A stretch of 64,000 nt of DNA from Eukaryota sp. GEM-RC1 (lineage: Eukaryota): the NCBI GenBank assembly GCA_040285855.1, contig JAUFOQ010000003.1, positions 2,108,001-2,172,000 on the forward strand, read 5' to 3'. The notes under the pieces are model-generated. The model was given only the letters and a program-made list of their open reading frames with translations. It did not search any database and had not been told where the DNA came from. Position 1 is the first letter of the stretch, and the number at the start of each line of letters is the position of its first letter. Both the position numbers and the translations under genes were made by a program. This document shows positions 1-8,900 of this stretch, one piece after another.

Positions 1-284
1 TCTTTGTCACTTCCAATACAAACATCAAGGGTGCATTGCGGCGCTGCATTTCTCTCTTTGATAAAGGCTTCACTTCCGTAAAAATTCATGGACTTGGACT
101 TTCGGTTTTCAAGGCAGTGGAAATCGCCAATCAAGTCAAACACACATACCATCTTCCAATAAAGATTGATTTTTCAACACATTCACTAGAAGTTTTCGAT
201 GAACAACAAGTAAGTGTTGACACTCTTCCTGTCGTTTCATCCAAACAACGTTCTGGGGTAAAACTCGTACTCTCCACTAAGTGA
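1..284 (+). CDS. Rpp20/Pop7-like (Alba-fold) RNase P/MRP subunit, 5' end outside window
   Basis: Frame is open from the window start: FVTSNTNIKGALRRCISLFDKGFTSVKIHGLGLSVFKAVEIA. This matches the Rpp20/Alba pattern (IHGLGxAIxKAV). Confidence 0.7.
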   Translation, partial: FVTSNTNIKGALRRCISLFDKGFTSVKIHGLGLSVFKAVEIANQVKHTYHLPIKIDFSTHSLEVFDEQQVSVDTLPVVSSKQRSGVKLVLSTK

Positions 285-696
285 TTACTGTTCCTGGGGA
301 GTAGTTGTCTTCTTTTCCCTCAGTCTTCTTTGGTTGAGGAGCCTCTTTTGTTTGGTTTTTCTAGTAGTTTCTTTAGGTGTTTTGTTTCATATCCTTATTC
401 CGTTAGTAGTACTCACTGCTCTCAATTTCTTACAGGTCCTTCATTTGACTCTATAAGTGACTAATTCGTCTATCAAAAGTTCAATTTATTGTCATAAGGA
501 TTATAAAAATATCACATACAATATAAACGTACATGTATCTGGATCATCATCTTTGTAAGTTCGTGTTCATCAAACAAAGATTAAGATACAGCTTTGAGCT
601 AGACATTTGGCCTGACATAACTTGTCAATGTAGATGTAGACACAGACAATAACAGAGACAACGTCAAAAATCGATTAAGATCAACTTTTTCTCACC

Positions 697-1959
697 ATGG
701 ATTCTCGCCCTCCTCATCAGTCTCAACGAGCCCCCCAGCGTTCTCGCTTCAACAACATCCCTTCTGACCTTGTCCAACCCAAGAAGCCCAGTAGGGCATC
801 CTATGATAAGGATGTCAAGCAAGTCGAAGAAGAGCTTCAACCTCAGTTCGACAGACTAAATGAGATCATTGAGATGTTAAAAACACCCCTCAGTACTCCT
901 GAACTTGATGAACTAATGAACGAACAACGAACCCTTCGTACACAACTAAGAGAAATGAAAGACAGTATCAATGTTGACAAAGAAACTTTTGGTGACGAAA
1001 AACGTGCTCTTATTGAAAGAAAGAAAGCTCTAACTGAACAACTCCGCGGCTACCCCCACAAGGACGTTGAGTCTGTGACTAGAGCCCTCCAACAATCCGA
1101 GTACGAACTAGCCACCGCCGCTCTCACCTCCGACGATAGAAAACGACTGATGAGAGAGATTGACCAACTGAAAATAGCTAAACGTCATGTACCTGAGCTT
1201 GCCGCTGAGTTGGAAGCTGTGAATGCTCAACTTGATGTCGTTTCCAAACAATTGGATGCACTAAAACCTAAAAAGACTGTCCAAGAGGATGTTTGGCAGC
1301 AACTCAAGGCTGTTAGTGATAAGATTGATACTCTTCGTCAAGAGCAAAAGGACAAATCTACTGTGATCACAGAGCTCAAAACTGAACGTGATCAGATCCG
1401 TGCCCAAATCGCTGAGTTAAAGGCCAAAAAACAGCAATTGTTTGAATCCTGGAAGGAGCAGAACAATGAGTTTAAAAAGGAAAATGACGAGTATCAACGA
1501 TTACGCAAGATAGAGGTTGCTCAGTTCGAAAAGGAACGTAAAAAGGAAGCCTACCTTCGTGATGCCAAGAGATTAGCTGAAGAACCCCCATTCTACGAGG
1601 AACTGATGGTTTGTGATACCCTTCTGTCTTATCTAAATGAATTGAAAGGAGGTTTAGCTCCCCCAACTGGTGATCAGACTGGATCTAAGTCAAAGAAAAA
1701 GGGTAAGAAGTCTAAGAAGCTTAGCATTGATTTTGAGTCGTTGAGTTTGTTTTCTCAATTGAAAGTAGCTCCTCCTCTTTCTTTTGATGCTGTTGACACG
1801 TGTCTTGCTGATGTTGAACGTATTAAGTCTGAGTTGAGCTCCAAGATTGAAGTTGTAAAGACTGAGCGTATGGCTAAGTACCAGGAATTATTGAAGAAAT
1901 TTGAAGAGGAACAGCAAGTAGCAGCACCAGTAGAAACCCCTAGTGAAGTTACTGCGTAG
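697..1959 (+). CDS. Bfr1 / proton-pump-interactor-like coiled-coil protein (420 aa)
   Basis: Long coiled coil, then PFYEELMVCDTLLSYL, a K-rich linker and FSQLKVAPPLS. This is the typical Bfr1/PPI C-terminal pattern. Confidence 0.65.
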   Translation: MDSRPPHQSQRAPQRSRFNNIPSDLVQPKKPSRASYDKDVKQVEEELQPQFDRLNEIIEMLKTPLSTPELDELMNEQRTLRTQLREMKDSINVDKETFGDEKRALIERKKALTEQLRGYPHKDVESVTRALQQSEYELATAALTSDDRKRLMREIDQLKIAKRHVPELAAELEAVNAQLDVVSKQLDALKPKKTVQEDVWQQLKAVSDKIDTLRQEQKDKSTVITELKTERDQIRAQIAELKAKKQQLFESWKEQNNEFKKENDEYQRLRKIEVAQFEKERKKEAYLRDAKRLAEEPPFYEELMVCDTLLSYLNELKGGLAPPTGDQTGSKSKKKGKKSKKLSIDFESLSLFSQLKVAPPLSFDAVDTCLADVERIKSELSSKIEVVKTERMAKYQELLKKFEEEQQVAAPVETPSEVTA

Positions 1960-2392
1960 ATTTATAAAGATTTTTCCTAGTCTTTTTTTACACGAAAAAC
2001 CCTCAGAGGAAAATTAAACATGGTATGCTTAACCTACAGTATCATTATTTGTAGAGGTATTTGTATCTCATTTGTTAATATTGATGATAGTTTGCATTTG
2101 TAAGCGTATATAAAAGGCGTTTTTATAAGTCTCATAGTGAGAGGAAAATGATGACGCAAGCAGCAAATAAGAATTCATACATATGTCTTCTAGTTTATTT
2201 CCATCATGTAATACAGTATGCTATATTACATAACCATATTAAACATCAAGCTACACTTCAATGCAAGTACAGTACAGTATGTGATAAATATACTAATTAA
2301 ATCAGAACCGGAAAACAAAGATCAATCAGTGTGACTAATCGAACAAATGAATGAACACGAATGTTCCCTTCATCATACTAAACACTCTACAA

Positions 2393-3727
2393 CTATGAGA
2401 AGGAATCAGAAACGTCATCAACATCTTGATCAGCAATCAACCCCTCATGTTTCGATGTCAAGAGTTGCAAATCCTTGACATTGGTTAAATATCGCCAATA
2501 GTTAATCAAAATTAAATCTACGAACAAACAGTGAACAATCCAATTTTCGAACAATGATAGTAAAACAAATCTAGAGATTAAAAAAGAAGGTACGTGAAAC
2601 ATTAGAAGTCCCATCAACAGATTCAGCCAGGGTCTCTTGAATTCTTGAGACCCGAAGAGTACGGCTTCAGCAAAGAAAGAAAGACAATTGATGTAAAGTC
2701 CAATGGTAAAAATAATAGAAAGAATTAAGACAAACAGAAAGGATTCAGTCTGGACTGTCGATGCGATGAAGAAATTGAGAAGGAGAATTAATGGAAATCC
2801 AAATATTGTGGAATATTTGGAAATTGTCAGTGAACAAGTGGTGAATGAACTAAACTGGAATTGACTAGCAGTCATTGAAATGAAGACAGAAGCGATTCCA
2901 TCGACGTAATTACAAATAAAAACCCAAAAATTTAAAAAAAGCTGGTAAACAATGAAAACATTTGGCGAATCTTTTGATAATAGTAATCCATTTGACAAAT
3001 AAAGTAGATCAATCAGCGAGCTTTTCATTATTAAATGGAAAGAGTTCTTGGTGAACACTGACAAGAGAATTTGTGGATTCTGAGAGGACAAAACCAGACC
3101 ATAAAGCCCAAAATGTTTGATAACAAAACGGACACCTATTACCAGAGCAACTATCACACCAATCAATTGTGATAGACCAATAAACCCGAGTTTTGAGTGC
3201 AATAATGACACTCCAAGAAAAGAAAGTAAAATCCAGGAAAAAGAGGATAAGACTTGAACAAACAGAACTGCCTTAAAGTCAGAGAACCCCTGTAAAATTC
3301 CGACAGTGGTTGACAGGAACAATGAAAAAGCCATCGAAAAAATTCTTAAGTAAAAGAAGATCTTACCAACATGGATCAATTCAGAAGAGTAGAGAACACG
3401 ATGAACAAGAAAGGGCGCGATAGAGATGAGGAGAAAGGACAAAATGAAGGAAAGAACATATGCGAGGTGACAAACTAGGGATATGCTAACGTGATCTTTC
3501 TTGGAAAGGAAATGTGCCACTTTTGATGTAAGAATTACAATCAAAACAGAAAAGAAGCACTTGATAGGATCAAGAAACAGACATGTGCGGCTGTATGCTT
3601 CGATATAAACATTGTCTATCAGAAAGCTTTTAATGAACAGTGGAACTAAAAAAGAAGCCAAGGGAGACAATAGATGTCTTACAATGGATGGAAGAGCAGC
3701 ATTGAACACAACAGATGCAGCGAACAT
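2393..3727 (-). CDS. MATE-family-like multi-pass transporter
   Basis: About 11-12 hydrophobic segments with GILQGFSD and YVDGIASV MATE-like motifs. First ATG is at 3727; the longer ORF in the track overlaps the tRNA. Confidence 0.7.
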   Translation of the reverse strand: MFAASVVFNAALPSIVRHLLSPLASFLVPLFIKSFLIDNVYIEAYSRTCLFLDPIKCFFSVLIVILTSKVAHFLSKKDHVSISLVCHLAYVLSFILSFLLISIAPFLVHRVLYSSELIHVGKIFFYLRIFSMAFSLFLSTTVGILQGFSDFKAVLFVQVLSSFSWILLSFLGVSLLHSKLGFIGLSQLIGVIVALVIGVRFVIKHFGLYGLVLSSQNPQILLSVFTKNSFHLIMKSSLIDLLYLSNGLLLSKDSPNVFIVYQLFLNFWVFICNYVDGIASVFISMTASQFQFSSFTTCSLTISKYSTIFGFPLILLLNFFIASTVQTESFLFVLILSIIFTIGLYINCLSFFAEAVLFGSQEFKRPWLNLLMGLLMFHVPSFLISRFVLLSLFENWIVHCLFVDLILINYWRYLTNVKDLQLLTSKHEGLIADQDVDDVSDSFS

Positions 3728-3770
3728 TCGCAGTTTAAAGAAAGCCTTCAAATTAAAATAAAAGACTGTG

Positions 3771-3843
3771 TTCTCCTGGTGGGGGTCGAACCCACGACCC
3801 TCGCTACATAAGAGCGATGCGCTAACCACTGCGCCACAGGAGA
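3771..3843 (-). tRNA. tRNA-Ile(UAU), intronless
   Basis: Cloverleaf: acceptor TCTCCTG/CAGGAGA, D arm GCGC-AGTGGTTA-GCGC, anticodon arm TCGCT-CTTATGT-AGCGA, T arm GTGGG-TTCGACC-CCCAC. A T-run follows downstream. Confidence 0.93.
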
Positions 3844-4574
3844 ATTATACTTCGCATGCTGCTGTACCCTTTGATTTCCTCCATGTAACAGGAGATGGGA
3901 ACTAGAATATAGACTAAAATCACAATTCGATTCAAATTGATTTTCATTCAATGCTCATTGATGAAATGTAAGGAAGTTTATGAGTGCAGATTTGCAAATA
4001 CAAACCAATAATACGGGATATATCGATATGTGTTCATATACGTAATATCGACTAACTGGGTTGGGTTTTGAAAATATTGCCAATGCACCATACGTATATT
4101 CGCGCCATGCGTCCGAAGTAACGACTTGCTGAGATTTATGAATCTCCATTTGATGTCATTGGTGGGTTTCTGTTTCTTTTAAAGTTGCCCATGGACTCGA
4201 ATGAATGCCTACTCAAGTTTTACTGGACCAGTCGAGTATATGTCGAGTCTTTTATATGTTTTAAACGACATAAAACTGTAGATTTTGCAATATCGAGCAT
4301 CACAATTTCTCATGTGTTCTTTTTTTGTGATTGAAACCATACCCGGACAATACACTTTTTAGTATATTCTGCATTTTTCATTTTTCAGTATTAAAATTCT
4401 GTATTTTTTACGAATAAGTTTCTGAAACTTACTTACCTGTAAAAGTACATATTTAGGATGTCTTTTATCTCCAATTTCTTTTCATGGGATTTAATGAAGG
4501 ATCTAAAAACATGATATCAATCAAGACACAAAACGAAGTAGTTGTAATAGTTTATCAACACTAAAACAGAGAAC

Positions 4575-4790
4575 AATTTTTATTGACAACAACACTACAG
4601 TGTACATACCCAAAACAGAAGACAGATGAACAAAGTAGTCTACTGTGAAAAGGTCGAGGAATAATTGGAGGAAGATTTGCTCCTTGGTGGGGTTTCTCCA
4701 AAAGGAGGACACAAAATAGGTACCAACCAACAAAAAAGAAAAGCAGAAGTGAGTCTGACTAGGAGTGAGAGACAATTGACCAGTCTCTAT
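4575..4790 (-). repeat. Possible short non-autonomous retroelement ending in a shared retroelement 3' tail
   Basis: Ends in GTATGTACACTGTAGTGTTGTTGTCAATAAAAAT, also present at ~41217-41250. The core also occurs in the 3' UTR of the non-LTR copy at ~19138-19155. The 5' boundary is approximate. Confidence 0.35.
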
Positions 4791-5039
4791 TTACTCAAGG
4801 AATTATAGTATTAATAGAAACTATTCTAAATACATGTACATGTAGTCGATCATTGTTGTCTTTGTCCATTATTAAAATTACAGATAATACAACATCATTG
4901 CCTTTGTATTTTTGTATTTTACTGTGTATCTGTATTTTTTCAACCCTTGTATTTTCCAGGTATGATTGAAACGCAACATGTGATCCGGCGACGACCTCTT
5001 CACAGCAAAATAATTGTACATTCATCATTGACCAACACT

Positions 5040-5100
5040 TCTACCTAATTCCGAAAAGTAGTTGCCTCCAAACAACTTGTACAAAATAAAATCAACATAT
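5040..5100 (-). repeat. 3'-end fragment of REL non-LTR retroelement (family C)
   Basis: ctacctaattccgaaaagtagttgcctccaaacaactt is near-identical to ~28677-28715. Confidence 0.7.
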
Positions 5101-5924
5101 GGAAGTTAGAATTGTTGGTAATAATGTAAACTCAACAGCATTAGCGATGTTGATTTCTAGCTCTGATTCGTATTTCAGTTCTACTCTTCATTCTATAGTG
5201 GTGGATCTTATGGAATCAACGATGGAAAAACAAAAGTGACATCATCCGAGAACTATGTCAAAATATAATTTCAGAGTACCCTGCAAACAATTATTTTGAA
5301 TCATGTTCCGATGTTCAAGAGTTATCAGGATTTAGTGCATTTCATAGATTGTAGGCTGAAAATTAGCAGGAAAATTTATTTACAAAAATTTATTTGTCAA
5401 CCAAACTTTGTTTATTAGGTTTAGAATTGATTGTAAAGTTAATAGACTATACAACTAAAATTTGATATCATTAAAACAACACCCATCGTTATCAAATCTT
5501 AGAACAGCTTTGTCCTCATAAAAGGAACTCACAGCTAATAAAGCTTTGGAGTTGATTAGGGGATTTGTGTTAAAAATATTTTAAAGAAATCAACCAAACT
5601 GTAATAATTCTTAAAAAACAACCTCAAATCACTTCTGAACTTCCTGAAAAGAGATTATTACTATATGGTTTTCAACATTAACTAAAACGAACAACTTGTA
5701 GAGCATATTTCTATCACAATTCTATGAATGTAAAATACACAATTTATACACATGCTGAATTGCATTTAATAAATGAATGGTGGTATGTACAAGTAACCAC
5801 TAATACAGTACCCAGTTGTTAAGAAACATCAAATTGACAAAAATATAAACCGCAAACGAGAAAAAATTATGCTCTCTGGTAGCACGTAAATATTTTCTGT
5901 AAACATTTTCAAAAACTGGTCAAA

Positions 5925-8900
5925 CTAATCTAAATATTCATCCCAATGAAGCAGCTTCGTCATACTCCGAGTCTTAGTTAACATTGAATCAGTCCTATAG
6001 AGAGTCTTTTCTTGACCAGCATTCAAATGAGACATAGACACGGCTCTTTTGAGGAGAGAATCTGATTTAGGAGGAGAAATAACAGTGGGGTTTTCAGAGT
6101 TGGATGGCGAATCAACTTCAAAGAAACTACTAACTTGACGGGGGGAAAATGCCATAGAAGAAGCACGGGACATGGAAGAGGTAAGAGCAATAGGTGGAAG
6201 ATCATCTGGAAGGAAAACTTCAGGTCCTTGTTTTACTTTTTCGATATCCCACACTTTTTGCCACATTTCAGGATGGCTCAGAAGTGAAAGATAATTATGG
6301 AAATAAGGTACCTTTAAGTGGGGGTCTTCAGCTGTGGGCATTCTTTTTTTAGGAAGATACTCAAATAAATTATAAAGCATGGCGAAGACTCTAAACATCA
6401 ATAACATCAACCGATAAAAGGGAAAAAGAAGGACAACAATGAAAGGACTTTGCAGATCCTTTCTCCGACGTAACTTAATATAATTGAATGTAAAAATAAA
6501 AACATTTTGAATCAAAATAACTCGGTAATACACTAAACCTAACAGAGCGTAATCTTGAAGCATAATAAAATATAGAATAATTAAAATGTGAAAATAATCT
6601 CGAATAATTGTTGCAACTTCATAAAGATAAAAAAACTTCAAAATAAAAGTATCAGATGACCAAAATCTGAGAATGTGTTCGCAATATTTAAAAAAGAATC
6701 TGTGAGCACACGCGTCCCAAGACTTAACACGTTGAGCAAATAAACTCTTGTCATCGACAACATGATCTCCTAAGGTAAACTTTTTGAAATATTTTGACAA
6801 ACCAAAGAAATCTTCACCAGCATGGAAAATGTCAGTAGGAGGGCTAGTAAGAGCCGGAGTAGCTGATAAAGTAATTAATCTAGGTGGATTTGCAAATTTT
6901 TCTCGTAAGAGAAAACCAATCTGTGTCTTGAATTAGCCAGCAAGAAACACAACAAACATCTTCTCCATGGAAAGCACTATTATGATGATCAAGCACTGTC
7001 ACTAGCAATTCTTTCTTCCAAATACTGATTGCACCCTAGAATAAGAAGAAAGTTGAGAAACAAACATGTGGATAAGCAGCAGATCCAAAGTTAGATTGGC
7101 AAAGCTTCATTAAACCTGACAACTGGAATTAGAAAGTAAAAGTGATTCAAACCATGTATTCCATATCTTGAAACCAAACAAGTAAAGAACGGCGTCTCCA
7201 AGAATGTTTCAGCTTTGGTTGGTTAATATCAGCACGAATTGTAATGACGGCACCAGCAACATCTGGTTCTTCCATTAAATGAGTTTGCCAACTCATATCT
7301 GATGGGATTTGCACGTCATCATCCATAATCACGACATGAGTGATTTCTGGTCGATATGCTAGGATGTTCTTGGCTACATACTGTAAGCAAAAGTTTTGTT
7401 ACCAGTAGGTATATACACGTAATTTACTTGTCTACCCCACTTTTTAAGCCTTTTAATTACAGAAATTGTTTTGTCATTAGGGTAAGGTTCTTTCATATTA
7501 GCATTATGACAAACATACACGTTCCCATCGGCTTGAGTTAAAATTTAAAATATTTGTAAAACATACCACAACTAGAAGAAGCAAGACGCAAAGTTCTTTC
7601 AAAGTCATCACACTTCCCCTCACGAATTTCCTCAAGATCCTCTCTAGACGGTGGTCTAAAGAAATTCTTTGTGGAATTTTTCAAAATTAAATCAGGATCA
7701 CGACCTGCAGAGATATGACTGGCAATCAAAATCGCAACGTGATTATTTTGAGCGTTGTAACCCTTAACCAACCGATGTTCTGGCCAACTAACTGAAACGA
7801 AAGCAAGAAGTAACAGGAGATATTCTAATCCCAATATAAACATTGTTACATATATTGATTGAAAAGAATGGAAGAGCTTATTGGCAACAATGAAATCTCT
7901 GTAGAACAAAAAAACAATCAATAATAGCAATAAGGCAAAAACAACACAGAAGAAAATTTCTACAAAATCTCGAGTTCCAGGATGGAAATTCTTCTTCAAA
8001 TCTTCAAAATGTTCAAGCATCGACACCCAAGTCTCATTATTAAAAACTTGATTAGGACACTGTGGGGCAGGTTCTTCGTTCCTTTCTTCCGTAGTAATCC
8101 AATCTTTAGGTAAGGAGTGATACATTTCATAGGAAGTATTGGGCGCTGTTTTAAAAGAAGGTTTGAAATGTTCAAAAGCTAAGGCAAGAATTAAAAACAA
8201 GAAGAACAGTAATAGTAGAAAGTAGTCAACAGCATCAAATACATCAAAATCTTCATCAAAAGCAAGATAATTGAAGGAAATTGAAGTAATTGTAGATCCT
8301 TCTAAAGAAAGCACGAAAAATTCAAATCCAGAATAATCCACAGATTTAATTTCAATTGAATATTTTAAAGCAGTTTCACCACAGTCATACTCCAAAAGAA
8401 ACAAAACTACATCTGGAATTCGGTTAAAATCTGAGGAAAACTCAGCTCTAATTGAGAGATATGAATAATCGGAATCATCAAGATTGTAATCAACATGAGA
8501 GTCTGAGCTCAACCTGATGACATCATAGACAAAATTGTTATAAACAACAAAGTCTTTCTCAAACATGACAAAGTTATACCGAGCATCTTCTAAAAGTCCC
8601 TTACTTCGAATACCATGATAGAAATACACAAGATCGTCAGACCCAGACGAATTCACTAATTGAAAAGAATTGTAAATATTTAAATTATTAAAATTAGTTT
8701 CTGGACTGAAACGAAGCGCTGATATCGAATAAAAGTAGACCAAAGATGAGTTTAAACTTTCGAAGCTACCAATTTCCAACGGTAAGGGTTGATGACCGTC
8801 CCAAAAAGTCACGTGATCAATCATCTGAGATTCAATTGGGTCCTCTTCTTCAGGAATTTGCTGTAAAGTAGGAGCTCCTCGGAAGTCAACAGACCTCACG

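Noticed and set aside
3728..3829. N-terminal extension of the MATE ORF
   Set aside because: Read-through of the tRNA-Ile gene from a non-ATG start.
7381..7402. 22-nt intron GTAACA...TTACAG in the GT2 domain
   Set aside because: It would remove the GNKT motif and does not restore the frame; one missing T (GCT TTA CAG) does.
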